NCBI GenBank assembly: GCA_963828525.1
Contig: CAWHEP010000002.1
Location: 160,001 to 224,000 of the forward strand
Direction: 5' to 3'
Source of the DNA: an uncultured Verrucomicrobiae bacterium
GTDB taxonomy: Bacteria > Verrucomicrobiota > Verrucomicrobiia > Chthoniobacterales > Chthoniobacteraceae
DNA: 64,000 nucleotides
Part shown: piece after piece, positions 1 to 9,885 of the stretch
Numbering within the stretch: position 1 is the stretch's first letter
Layout of the letters: every line of letters begins with the position of its first letter
The notes under the pieces: model-generated
Seen by the model: the letters and a program-made list of their open reading frames with translations, nothing else
Told to the model about the DNA's origin: nothing
Database searches by the model: none
Translations under genes and position numbers: made by a program

Positions 1-2
1 TC

Positions 3-599
3 GCGGAAAACGAAGTCGAGATCGTAGCCTCCATGCCCTGCTATTCGCCGAAGAACGTGAATGAACAACGAGGAAATGGGGTATTCGACGCCAGCATTAC
101 CGCCCTGCAACTGCTGAACCGGCTGGGTTACGGGCATCGCCCGGAGCTGCCGCTGCATTTGGTCTTCAACCCCAACGGAGCCTTCCTGCCCGGCCCGCAG
201 GAGGAGCTGGAGGCAGACTACAAACGGGAACTCGCCGGCCACTTTGGCATCGTCTTCAATAGCCTCTACACGATTACGAACCTGCCAGTCTCCCGGTTTG
301 CCTCCTGGCTGCGTCACGAGGGGAAGTACGAGGAATATCTGAACCTGCTAATCGAAGCGTTTAATCCAGGCACCGTGGAAGGGCTTATGTGCCGAAATAC
401 CATCAACGTGAGCTGGCAGGGAGAGATTTTTGATTGCGATTTCAACCAGATGCTTCGCCTGCCCATGCCCGGCTACGCGGGTAGGCATGTCTGGGATCTG
501 AATCCCAACGTCCTCCCCGGCCGGCCCGTCGCCATGGGCAGTCATTGCTTCGGCTGCACGGCTGGGGCCGGGTCGAGCTGCGGTGGCTCCATCCTCTGA
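3..599 (+). CDS. arsS: ArsS-family radical SAM/Cys-rich protein (DUF3641 C-terminal region), 5'-truncated by window edge
   Basis: Frame is open from the window edge (AENEVEIVASMPCY). Motifs NP.GAFLPGPQ..LEADYK, TITNLP..RF, LMCRNTINV.W.G..DCDFNQML and terminal HCFGCTAGAGSSCGG match this family. Confidence 0.85.
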   Translation, partial: AENEVEIVASMPCYSPKNVNEQRGNGVFDASITALQLLNRLGYGHRPELPLHLVFNPNGAFLPGPQEELEADYKRELAGHFGIVFNSLYTITNLPVSRFASWLRHEGKYEEYLNLLIEAFNPGTVEGLMCRNTINVSWQGEIFDCDFNQMLRLPMPGYAGRHVWDLNPNVLPGRPVAMGSHCFGCTAGAGSSCGGSIL

Positions 600-713
600 G
601 TTAGGTGGCTGGCGCGCTTGGAGCAGAGCGCGGCATGCCCGAGTTCTTGAATCGTCTCCGAGAGACTAATTTTCCTGTCTGCGAGCAGCCGGCGAGGAAG
701 GCGCCGGTAACGG

Positions 714-2162
714 TTATTCCTCGCCGCCGCGGTCCGCTGCCATTGCCGGCACCTGGCTTTGCTTGAGGAGTTCGGGATTCGCGAGGCGGCCTTCGTAGAC
801 CTGACTCCACTTTTCCTGGTTCATCTGGCACATTGGCACGGCCTTCCACTCGCCCTCTTCCTTTATCGCGCCCTTGAACACGCAGGCATCCAGCCGGGCG
901 CGGACCACGGGGTCTGTCTCCGCGCGGGCCACCTTGGCAGCATCCATAAAATTGTGCGTGCCCACGCCGAAGGTGTGGACGCGCCCCCCAAACAAGTCGC
1001 CGAGCATTCCCGCTGCCATGCGGCCAGAGGCCAGCAACGCGGTCAAATGGATGATTGCGCGCGCCGCGAGATAAGGGTTTCGCAAAAGGACCGAGGCCAG
1101 CCGCCAGGGAGGTGTGCCGGCATCATCGGTGACCAGCGAGAGTCCGCCAATTTTTTCCAGCACCTGCCCAAGCAGGCGTTTGGTCGTTTGATCGGTGGGC
1201 AGCAGCGGCAGGTATTTCCCTGTCCGGCGCGAGACGAGGATGGAAGCCCAGCTATTGCAATCAGGATGGCCAAAGATCGTCCCGTTTTTCTCCAACGACA
1301 GGCCGGTGCCTTCGCAGATTTTTTGCCATACCATTTCGGGGGTCACCGGGTTGTCCGAGAACACCGTGCGTCCGGTATCCGCCTCCGGCTGGAAACTGAT
1401 CATGCGCCAGACAAGCGTGCGCTGCGGATCAGCGAGATACCACCGGAGCACATCGGGCACATCATGGATGTTCTTGCGCGTGACGGTAAAGCTTAAGGCG
1501 TACTCGAGGGGCAGGCCGGTTTTCTTCCGCAGATTCAGCGCCAACTGGGTGAAGGCTTCCCGCACCGGGTCCAGATCCCGTTCGCTTTGCACCCGATTGA
1601 TAGGATAGCCGTGCCGCCCGGCCTGGGTCACGTCGATATGCACGGAGACCTGCCGCAGGCCACCCTCAACCATGAGGCGCTCCAAAAATTGCGGCTGCTC
1701 AATCAAGGTCTGTCCGTGCGTCATGAGCATGGGCACAAGGCCAACGTGATAGGCGTATCGGATGATCTCGATCAACTCATCGACCCGCCCGGATTTCCAG
1801 TAGGCATCGGCCACATCGCCGCCAGTGATTTGCAAGCCCCCGCCCGGACCCTGAAAGCGGCGATTGACGTCGATTTGCTCCTTCACCTCTTCCAGCGATG
1901 GAATGGGCACCCGGTTCGCATTCTTGGGCAGATAACAATGCGTGCAGTGAAAGGAGCAATAACTCGCGCCCAGGATGAAGCCGCAGTGCGTCAGATGCCG
2001 GCCGGAAATCTGGGTGGAGGTTTTCAACTCCTCCGGAAAGGCGTCCCAGCGCTCCCGCAGGATACGCAACTTCTCCGGGTTTATGGGCTGGAGAAACGCA
2101 TCCCAACGCTGCCGCCAATTGCCGCGAGAGGGTTCGGAGGGCGCTTGGTCAGTGCGGTTCAT
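714..2162 (-). CDS. Radical SAM protein, uncharacterised subfamily
   Basis: CxxxCxxC (CSFHCTHC), ITGGD, MTHG and ISFQP motifs; extra Cys in HPDC, LDAC and VPMC; 4-bp overlap with the upstream glycosyltransferase. Confidence 0.85.
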   Translation of the reverse strand: MNRTDQAPSEPSRGNWRQRWDAFLQPINPEKLRILRERWDAFPEELKTSTQISGRHLTHCGFILGASYCSFHCTHCYLPKNANRVPIPSLEEVKEQIDVNRRFQGPGGGLQITGGDVADAYWKSGRVDELIEIIRYAYHVGLVPMLMTHGQTLIEQPQFLERLMVEGGLRQVSVHIDVTQAGRHGYPINRVQSERDLDPVREAFTQLALNLRKKTGLPLEYALSFTVTRKNIHDVPDVLRWYLADPQRTLVWRMISFQPEADTGRTVFSDNPVTPEMVWQKICEGTGLSLEKNGTIFGHPDCNSWASILVSRRTGKYLPLLPTDQTTKRLLGQVLEKIGGLSLVTDDAGTPPWRLASVLLRNPYLAARAIIHLTALLASGRMAAGMLGDLFGGRVHTFGVGTHNFMDAAKVARAETDPVVRARLDACVFKGAIKEEGEWKAVPMCQMNQEKWSQVYEGRLANPELLKQSQVPAMAADRGGEE

Positions 2163-2953
2163 TCCGTTGGATTCTCCTGCTGCAAGGATACCGTCTTTTC
2201 AATTTTACGCGACATGGAATAATACCAGGCGTGCAAGCGTTCTGGATCCGCCCCGCACCGGAAGAGGATGAGGAAAAGGATGTTTTGCAGGGTTACCTTC
2301 CAGGCGCCTTCCTCCTTGTGTTTGCGCGCCGAGGTTTGCATGGGTGGGTCGAGCAACACCACCGGGCCGGAGCGGCGGAGCCGCCCGGAGAATTCCACGT
2401 CTTCGATCAATGGGATGCGGGCGAAGCCGCCAAGCCCTTGAAAATGGGAGCGCCGGACAAAGATACTCTGGTCGCCGTAAAGGGTTCCAAACAGCCGCAA
2501 GTGCAGCCGTTCCAGTCGCTCAAGCCACCTCAGATACGGATGCCTTTCATCGAACTTCCGGTAGTAAGCGCCGCCGATGATCTCCGCCTCGCGCATCACA
2601 TCGGAAAGCGAGGCAATATGAGCCTGCGTAAGAAGGGAATCCGCGTGATGAAAAAGCAGAATGTCCCCGGAGGCGAGAGCGGCTCCGGCATTCATCTGGA
2701 AGCCCCGCCCGGTCTCCGATGAGCCGCAAACCTTGACGCAGCCGCTCGGGAGAGATGTCCCGGCGGGCGCGCCGCTTGATTGCGCGATGCAAACAATGAC
2801 TTCGCGCACCCCGGACAGCGCCGCCCACTTCTCCGCCAGCAAGGAAACCTCCGCTGTCAAATCCCACGAGGGCACGATGACGCTGATCGCTCCGGCCGGA
2901 CAAGGAGAGCGAAAAGAGGCCATTTGCCCGGAGAGGCGGGGAGATTTCACCAA
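2159..2953 (-). CDS. GT2 glycosyltransferase, TIGR04283-like (ArsS-associated)
   Basis: ISVIVP, GRGFQMNAGA, LLFHHAD, YGDQSIFV, IPLIEDVEF and TSARK motifs; start uncertain. Confidence 0.85.
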   Translation of the reverse strand: MVKSPRLSGQMASFRSPCPAGAISVIVPSWDLTAEVSLLAEKWAALSGVREVIVCIAQSSGAPAGTSLPSGCVKVCGSSETGRGFQMNAGAALASGDILLFHHADSLLTQAHIASLSDVMREAEIIGGAYYRKFDERHPYLRWLERLERLHLRLFGTLYGDQSIFVRRSHFQGLGGFARIPLIEDVEFSGRLRRSGPVVLLDPPMQTSARKHKEEGAWKVTLQNILFLILFRCGADPERLHAWYYSMSRKIEKTVSLQQENPTE

Positions 2954-3008
2954 GGCATCTCGTTAAGTGATCGTCACGGTCATGCCTGAAAACGCGCTCT
3001 AGCAAACA

Positions 3009-3327
3009 TTACCGCGCTGAAAGCGTCCTGTATTCGCCGCGTTGCATCGTCTCCGCAACTTCTCTGATGGTCGAGAAATGCCTCTCGAGAGTCGGCCGAT
3101 GGCTTGTCCATAGATCGAGGATGCTGAGTCGTCGATCACCCAGATTTTGCTGATACCGTAAGTTCTTGTCGCAGATGATGAATAATGCGAACCCGGCGAG
3201 CTCCGCAAGACGAAGCAGCGCGCTATTCTCGCGCGCCCCATCCCATTTTCGCCGCAGTACGGACGTCATGTCCGTTGAACGCGAGACGTACTTGCACAGG
3301 AGTGCAGACATCCAGCAGGATCTTCAC
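3009..3327 (-). CDS. PIN-like toxin (DUF5615/VapC45-like), frameshifted near 3233
   Basis: GTG at 3327 overlaps the antitoxin stop and reads MKILLDVCTPVQVR...MGWGA; it continues in another frame as ENSALL...CDKNLRYQQNL. Confidence 0.75.
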
Positions 3328-3599
3328 TCAGCCATTTCCAACGAGATTCTCTCTCTTCCGTGACTCAGTACCAACTCCGCCTGCTCGCGGGTGACCCCGT
3401 CGAAAGTTTCGAGAAAGTACCCAAGCGTCAGGCCGTCTCCCAAGTAGTCGAATAACGCTTCAATGGGCAACCGCGTTCCGTTGAAGACAGGCTTCCCTCT
3501 CAGAATACCGGGGTTCGACACTACGGCTCCTCCAGCCGCAATCTTCATTTTAGCTACTCCTTGCACCTTCATACAATGGCACAGAAACAACAGTTTCAA
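3324..3599 (-). CDS. DUF433 antitoxin
   Basis: NPGILRGKPVFNGTRLPIEALFDYL..G.TL..FLE.F..VTREQ is the DUF433 signature; true start probably near 3548. Confidence 0.9.
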   Translation of the reverse strand: MKLLFLCHCMKVQGVAKMKIAAGGAVVSNPGILRGKPVFNGTRLPIEALFDYLGDGLTLGYFLETFDGVTREQAELVLSHGRERISLEMAE

Positions 3600-3848
3600 A
3601 CCTCCGGATGGATGATCGCCCCGACGCTGGTGACGGTCGTGATCTCTGCCCGTCTTCCCTCCCGTTTCGCGTAATTAACAACCTTTCCACCCGCCCTTTT
3701 CACCTTGGCGGCGGGCGCATTCTGGACACATCCATTTTTCAATGGCACCCACTCTCGACGAGAATCTTGTTCGGGCGGCTCATCTTTCAGAGATGACCCC
3801 GGAGCAAACCCAGCTGGTGTTGGCGGTCTCGCGGCTCGCCGTCCTCCC

Positions 3849-6800
3849 TCACCGCCTCACAACATCAGACTTCCCGACATTCCACCCATCGAGAACGACC
3901 TTCGGTTCATCCCCTTTCAGCAGGGCCTTGTCATATTCCACATGGATGTCGCGCTTCTCATGCGGGAGCAGCGAAACATAGTTGTCCTCGTAGAAGATCG
4001 GCAATACTCGCTCATTGGGAGCGGACGCTCTCACAACCTTCACGCAAGCCATCAAAGCCACTTGTGAAGTTGGATTCTCAAGATGCACATCGAGCCCGTT
4101 CATCCCGCCCGCATCGCCCGCCGTGAACGACGCGGCCAGGCTCACCTTGGGCGTTTGGCTGAGACCCTCATACGTCTTCTTTGACAATCCGCGCCAATAG
4201 AAATTCTCAGACACGACTTTGTTCCCCTGCGTCAGCTTCAGCTTGATGAAGTGGGTGGGACTGAGGTCCGGCGGGAAGGTCAATTCAAAGCAGTCGCTTG
4301 CCACGCCGCTCGCGTCTGAATTCACCGACGCGTCCTGATGCCCTTTTACCGTCCCGTCCATATTGTAAATCCACGCCTCGGCGCGCAATCCGGCAACACT
4401 CTTCCCAGAGTTGTTAGCCACTTTGATCTTGTTGGTGAACGCGTCCCAGAGGATATGCAGAGGCTCGTTTGCCTTTTTCGCTCCGAAGTAAGCCGCCGTC
4501 GGATTCAAATAGTAGTCGTAGAACTGACAGATCAGCGAAGGCCAGGCGGGATGTGACATCCAGGCCAGCCCACCGCTCCCACCGTTCCCTCGCCAGGCTT
4601 CAAACATCGCCTTCGCGGTTTCCCAGTTCAGCATCTGCGCCTTTTCGCAGAACTCGTCCACGCTCTCTGAGGTCCCATACAAGTCGTTTACCCTTTTGGT
4701 GTAAATCCGGTCCCTCGGTTGCGCGAAATCATGAAGGCCCCACATGTCGCTGATCGGCCATAGATCCTTTTCCGGCATCATCAAGCGCATCGTGTCCGCG
4801 GTCGGCACGCAAACGAGCCCAAGCTCGCTATGCAGCGTCAAACCACGACTTTGAAAATACCAGCTTACATCCTTCGGTTCGTAAGGCCCGTGCCCGGTGA
4901 CTAGGCCGCCTGCCGAGTTTGGTATGTAGTAACGGGTGCCATCCAGCGCGGATGTCTCCGCCGCCATCCCTTTATCCAGCTCCTTCGGCGGGTTGCCTTC
5001 GTTCCGCCCGCAGTAGAGCGCCAGCGAGGGGTGGTTGCGGATGCGCGCGATCCGATCCCGTACATTTGCCATGAACATGGCGTTATCCTGCGGATTCGGC
5101 CCGTCCGCGGGATTGGCCAGCCAGAAGTCGTTCCATACAAGGATGCCGTATTTGTCGCAGGCGTCGAAGAACTCCTCTTTCCCGACCTGTCCCACCCAGT
5201 TGCGGATCATCACCATGTTCATCGCTTTGTGCAGCCGGATCGCGGTGTCGTAGTCCTTTGCCTCGTAACGCAGCATCGTCTCATCCATCCCCCAGTTGCC
5301 GCCGTTTAACTGGATGTGCTGGCCATTGCAGGATATTTTCAGTTTCCCGCCGGAGGTGTCATAGGCGAACTGCCTGATGCCAAACATGAAGACCTTCGTG
5401 CTGCTTGCGACATCACCCACCCTCGCGACGAGCGTGAGTTGCTGGAGCGGCTGTTCCCCGTAACCGTTCGGCCACCAGAGCGGAGGGTCGCTCAACGCGA
5501 GCTGCGGGCAAGAGCTGCGATCCAGCTTAACGGTTTTCACTTCTCCCGCTCCCAGCGCTACGTTCTGGCTGAAGGTTACCGCGCCAAACTTACCGGTGAC
5601 CGTCGCGTTGACCGGGGCGTTCTTCAGGTTTTTCAACGTGACATCCACGTTCACATCCGCGTGGCGCAAATCCGTCACCGTCGCGCGCGCGAATGGATCC
5701 ACCAGCGCGACCGGGCCGGTTTTCTCCAGGTAAACATGATCCCAGATGCCGATGTCGCGTCCGCGGACCGAGGGCATCCAGTTCCACCCCTCGCTGGCTG
5801 AAAACGTCGGACAATCCAAGCCCAGCACGCCGCCATTATGCGTCATATGCGCGAGGCTCTTTTCGTTGGTCGGCCCTGGGTGCTCGCACTTGTGGATCAA
5901 TACCGCGAGGACATTCTTCTGCCCGGGTAGAAGCTTGCCAGTGACGTCGAACACGCCCCGCTGGAAAGCTCCGTCAATATGTCCCACCTGGCTTCCGTTC
6001 AGGTACACATCCGCTTTCCAGTTGATCCCCGCGAAATTCAGAAAACAATGTTCGCCATTCGCCACGGGGAGCGACGCAAACTCCTTGCGATACCAGAAAT
6101 CATTCTGGAAAAAAGACTCTGAGATCAATCTCTGTTGATCAGCGTAATCGGGGTCCGGAATCGCGCCCGCAAGCAAATAGCTGTTCAACGCGGTGCCCGG
6201 AACCCGCGCTGGCAGCCAGCGATCCACCGCGAACGAAGCGCCCGACACAGCCTCCCCAGCCTCCCGCAAAAACATCGCGTTTTGCAGTTTCCACCCGGCG
6301 CCATCCATCGATACCCTCCCATTCTGATCAGGGGGCGGCAGCTCCAGCCCGGCGGCAGGAGCCGGAGGCGGTAACTGACCCTCCACTACAAACTCATTCA
6401 GTTGGCAGCCAGTAGGGGCGCTCCCCTTATCGGCCAGCATCCGCACGAAACGGGCCTCGCTTAACGCAAAGCGCGCGCTGCTCGTCTGCGAACTCGCGCA
6501 TGACACGTGGGCGACATCGCTCCAACGCGAGGGCGACGCCGTCTCCTGGGACACCTGAATCGAACACCCGGCCGGCGCGAGGCCACCCCATTGCAGCTTC
6601 ACGCCGTCGATCTTTCTCAATCCTCCCAGATCGACATAGATCCAGGGTTGATCCTCAGCCTTGCTCTGCCAGAACGTCTCGCCGCTCCCGTCGGTCGCAA
6701 GATGCGCGACATTATCGAAATTGATCGCGCTGGAATGGTAAGCCGCCCGGTTCAGGGCAACATTCCCCTCCCCTTCGCCAGCCTGCGCCGCCAAAGAAAA

Positions 6801-6893
6801 AACGGATAAACACAGAGCGGCGATTACAAAACAACGTCTTGGGATTTGAGGGGGGCACATTCCTGCAAAATGCCGATTTCGCGCGGATATCAC
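3849..6893 (-). CDS. Secreted GH2 glycoside hydrolase with N-terminal F5/8-type C (CBM32-like) domain; beta-mannosidase/exo-glucosaminidase-like
   Basis: Signal peptide; NVALNR...ATDG..ETFW..PWIYVDLG; LWWPNGYGEQPL, GGNWG, RNHPSLALYCGRNEG and HSELG motifs. Confidence 0.88.
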   Translation of the reverse strand: MISARNRHFAGMCPPQIPRRCFVIAALCLSVFSLAAQAGEGEGNVALNRAAYHSSAINFDNVAHLATDGSGETFWQSKAEDQPWIYVDLGGLRKIDGVKLQWGGLAPAGCSIQVSQETASPSRWSDVAHVSCASSQTSSARFALSEARFVRMLADKGSAPTGCQLNEFVVEGQLPPPAPAAGLELPPPDQNGRVSMDGAGWKLQNAMFLREAGEAVSGASFAVDRWLPARVPGTALNSYLLAGAIPDPDYADQQRLISESFFQNDFWYRKEFASLPVANGEHCFLNFAGINWKADVYLNGSQVGHIDGAFQRGVFDVTGKLLPGQKNVLAVLIHKCEHPGPTNEKSLAHMTHNGGVLGLDCPTFSASEGWNWMPSVRGRDIGIWDHVYLEKTGPVALVDPFARATVTDLRHADVNVDVTLKNLKNAPVNATVTGKFGAVTFSQNVALGAGEVKTVKLDRSSCPQLALSDPPLWWPNGYGEQPLQQLTLVARVGDVASSTKVFMFGIRQFAYDTSGGKLKISCNGQHIQLNGGNWGMDETMLRYEAKDYDTAIRLHKAMNMVMIRNWVGQVGKEEFFDACDKYGILVWNDFWLANPADGPNPQDNAMFMANVRDRIARIRNHPSLALYCGRNEGNPPKELDKGMAAETSALDGTRYYIPNSAGGLVTGHGPYEPKDVSWYFQSRGLTLHSELGLVCVPTADTMRLMMPEKDLWPISDMWGLHDFAQPRDRIYTKRVNDLYGTSESVDEFCEKAQMLNWETAKAMFEAWRGNGGSGGLAWMSHPAWPSLICQFYDYYLNPTAAYFGAKKANEPLHILWDAFTNKIKVANNSGKSVAGLRAEAWIYNMDGTVKGHQDASVNSDASGVASDCFELTFPPDLSPTHFIKLKLTQGNKVVSENFYWRGLSKKTYEGLSQTPKVSLAASFTAGDAGGMNGLDVHLENPTSQVALMACVKVVRASAPNERVLPIFYEDNYVSLLPHEKRDIHVEYDKALLKGDEPKVVLDGWNVGKSDVVRR

Positions 6894-7285
6894 CAGATTT
6901 TTCGGTAGGGGAAGGTTACGATTCTGACATCAACTCCACAGCGGTATTTCGGGCGCGCACCCTGCGCAATGTCTCTCATCCGTCCGGGGATCCCACCGCA
7001 AGCTTTTTCATCGCCCATGCGCTCCGGGCAAGCCCCGTCAGTCCGTGGGCGCCTGCCAGGAAGCTTAGCTTTACTGGCAGAGCGCGCCTCGTGATGAACC
7101 ATTTGCCCGCAACGCGCCGTGGGCCTGGTGGAACTCTGCATTCTTGAGCCCTGAATATCGCGCGCGACGAGATAAAACTCGCGCGGGAGTTGTCGCTAAA
7201 GGGCGATACAGAACAGCTTCGCCCGGACGGGAACGCGCACTGCGACGTGACGCGATAGACCATCTGTCTCGACGAAGGAACTTTC

Positions 7286-7867
7286 TTACCGAGCGGGAAC
7301 GGTAGATAGCTGGAATTTCTGGAGTAGCCATGCTAAGACCGCCTCTTGGTCGTCTCGCGTTGCTCTGCGAATTTGAGCCAGGAGGTGAATTCGGTCTGGT
7401 TTTGGCAAACCGGTATTCTGCAAACCTTCGTTACAATTGGTACAAACGGCCCTCAGATTTTCGAATGTGTCGGCTCCGCCTTTTGATTTGTCGACGATGT
7501 GAGCCATGGTTAGGCGAATTGTTCTACTGGGTGCGAATGGGTCGGGATCGCCGGCGGCAACGCCGCACATTTGGCAAGTGAACCCGTTTCGCTCAAGAAC
7601 CCTCGCCCGGGTTTCTTTGGAGATGCCACGCCTGAACGCTGGCACCCGGTTGGTTGTCTCCAATAAATATTGGCCGGGTTTAAGGTCGGAGCGGTCTTTA
7701 TGCGACAGTATCTGCCAGCCTTCTTCGTTTCGAAGCTCACGGACCCGGCGAGCCCATTCGGAAGCGCCTCCGCTCGCCGCATGAATATCCTTCGATTCCA
7801 TGACAGTCCCGACGTTGGCTAAGAGGAAGTCTAGAATTAGTGCTTTCGAACCTTTTTTCTTCGGCAT
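7286..7867 (-). CDS. HNH restriction endonuclease, KpnI-like
   Basis: CQMC...H...CTNCN zinc/HNH motifs; N-terminal EWARRVRELRNEEGWQILS and C-terminal WLLQKFQL resemble R.KpnI as I recall it; lies directly after a C5 methylase. Confidence 0.75.
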   Translation of the reverse strand: MPKKKGSKALILDFLLANVGTVMESKDIHAASGGASEWARRVRELRNEEGWQILSHKDRSDLKPGQYLLETTNRVPAFRRGISKETRARVLERNGFTCQMCGVAAGDPDPFAPSRTIRLTMAHIVDKSKGGADTFENLRAVCTNCNEGLQNTGLPKPDRIHLLAQIRRATRDDQEAVLAWLLQKFQLSTVPAR

Positions 7868-8884
7868 TTGGGGGCGGGTTTGGTGGATTTGGATTCTTCC
7901 AGGAGTCTCAACTCGCGGACGTCAGAATCCGGGAGGTCGTTATAGGTGAACTGCCTTGTGAATGCGGCGCGGATCGCATTCCCTACGGCCCTGGCCACCG
8001 GCGGCGGAAACGCGTTTCCAACTTGGCGATATGCGGTGGTTTTCGGCCCATGAACTGCCATGTGTCGGGAAACCCCTGGATTCGGGCCACCATGCGGACT
8101 GTGAGTCTCGGTAGATGGTCTTCGGTGAAAGTGTAGTCGGGTGCCTCATCGGCAATCCCCATGCCGTCCACGCTGAGGGCTCTCCATTGTTTCTTCGCGC
8201 GTGTTGGCCCAAGGTCCGGCCCGCCGTGTTTCTTGGAACCGCCAACTATGGTCGGGGCAATGGTCGTTGCCTTGTTAGCCCACACACCGGCTGATCGCCA
8301 TCCGTTCGCAGCCATTAAATCAACGAGCGTTTCGCCGACGGTCGTCCGGACTGAGCAGCCGAGGGGCCAGCGGAAGTGCTCCGCATCCCGGGGCCACAAC
8401 GCAACCAACACGAAACGAGGCCGCAATTGAGGCACGCCAAAATTGGCAGCCTGGAGAACCTTCCATTCGGGCTGGTAGCCCAGCTTCGAAAACTTTTGCA
8501 GAGATCGCGGCGATATTCGGAAAACTTCTCAGATGCAAAGCCTGGAACATTTTCGAGGAGTATCGCTCTGGGTCGGATGGCCGCTGCCAGGGCCAGGGCA
8601 CTAGGGAACATATCGCGATCATCTCCCGATCCAAGTTGCTTGCCTGCGATGCTGAATGGGGGGCACGGAACACCTCCCGCCGAGCAAGTCCACCCCCTTG
8701 AAATTGGCGGCATTAATGTGCCTGATGTCAGATTGTATTACGTTCCATTGCGGCCGATTTGCTCGCAGTGTCGTGCAGAACTGCGGCTCGTATTCAACGA
8801 GTCCCTCATGGTGGAAGCCGGCAGCTCCAACCCAAGCGCCTGCCCGCCACCACCGGCACAGAGTTCCAGGCTAGAAAATGTCAT
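7837..8884 (-). CDS. DNA (cytosine-5) methyltransferase, M.NgoMIV/M.NaeI-like, with about 4 frameshifts
   Basis: Joining frames gives ELCAGGGGQALGLE, GGVPCPPFS, LLENVPG, GVPQLRPRF, GGSKKHGGPDLGPTRA, ARIQGFPD and YRQVGNAFPPPVA. Indels lie near 8823, 8682, 8500 and 8041. Confidence 0.88.
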
Positions 8885-9325
8885 CGTGTTTTTCGGCCCT
8901 TTTGGAGTGGTCTGCCGCTTTTTTCCAGTGCGCGGTCACAGAGAGCGGCAGTCTTCGCAGGGTGGAGAAGATGGTGCTCCCAAAGCCGCCAGGACATTCC
9001 AGTTTTTTCGACGGAGTGCCTTTGTCACCTTTCTGTCTCGCGCTTGGTTTCGGAGCAGCTTGGGAATCCAATATTGCTGATTTGATGTGGGCTTGCGACC
9101 GTGTTTCGGGCAACCGTGCCAAAAGCACCCGTCAACGAATATGGCCAGCCGACTTGAACGGAACACGAAATCTGGCCTGCCGTGCAAAGGGTAATCTCTG
9201 CGCCAGCCTTTGATTCCGTGCGATCGAAAAATGGATATAAGGCGGAGTTCCGTGTCCTTATTGCCGCGAGAGCGGATGACGCTCATTACGGCAGATCGCT
9301 TTTCGATAGTGAAAACGTCGGCCAT
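8881..9325 (-). CDS. vsr: Very short patch repair endonuclease, frameshift near 8988
   Basis: MADVF...RS.VMS.IRS, GRPDFVF and FVDGCFWHGCP motifs. Removing one base restores VLRLWEH and a stop overlapping the methylase ATG (ATGA). Confidence 0.9.
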
Positions 9326-9402
9326 GGCTGCACTGATGATAGCTGAAAAGGCCAAAAAGTGCCCCGGTAAAATGTAGTCCCGACTTTGAAACTGCTTCGC
9401 CT

Positions 9403-9795
9403 GTGGCGGCTCTTAGGCAGGCGGGGGCAAGATATCATCCTCATTTCATGGGAGATGACTGGGAGCGAAACTATGTGTTCCTTGCGTCCAAGCGCCTAAC
9501 AATGCCCGGCCTCAAATCGTCTCTGCTGCCGGGGGCGGGAGCCTTTCCCTCTTATTCGGAGAAGCTGCGGCTTACAGCGCCCGGGGCGTCCAGAAGCGTT
9601 TGGAGGCTACCGCAATGTTTCCATCCTTCTGTTCGGGAGCCGTGGCTTACTTACCACTCGCGAGAACGATGGAAACGCCGGGGTGACTTCACTCAATTGA
9701 GAACCGCAGCGCGGTGGCAAGACGCTGTTTTGCATGCTGAGAAAAGCCCCGAGGTCCTTACTTGGGTGCGGAGTCTAATCGTCGAAAACGCGTGA
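9403..9795 (+). pseudogene. Fragment resembling the C-terminal part of Nmad3 (nucleotide-modification-associated domain 3)
   Basis: HPH...N.VF.A...LPGAG.F...LRLTAPG.SRS.W.LP..F.P...LTYH..RW pattern recalled for that family; the N-terminal part is missing. Confidence 0.45.
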
Positions 9796-9885
9796 GATGA
9801 CATCCGCCTCTACTTCGTTGTTCCAATACTACCGCCTTGGGAATGGGGCTCGCGCTGCGGACTGGGTTTCGACAGTTAGAGTCAA

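Noticed and set aside
540..599. Selenocysteine in the ArsS C-terminal SS(C/U)GG motif
   Set aside because: The codon is TGC (Cys), and the TGA falls at the normal end of the protein.
3608..3981. Short plus-strand ORFs between the antitoxin and the GH2 gene
   Set aside because: No recognisable motifs, and the longer ones overlap the GH2 3' end.
6894..7285. Gene or RNA between GH2 and the HNH nuclease
   Set aside because: Only short ORFs with no family signal and no convincing RNA structure.
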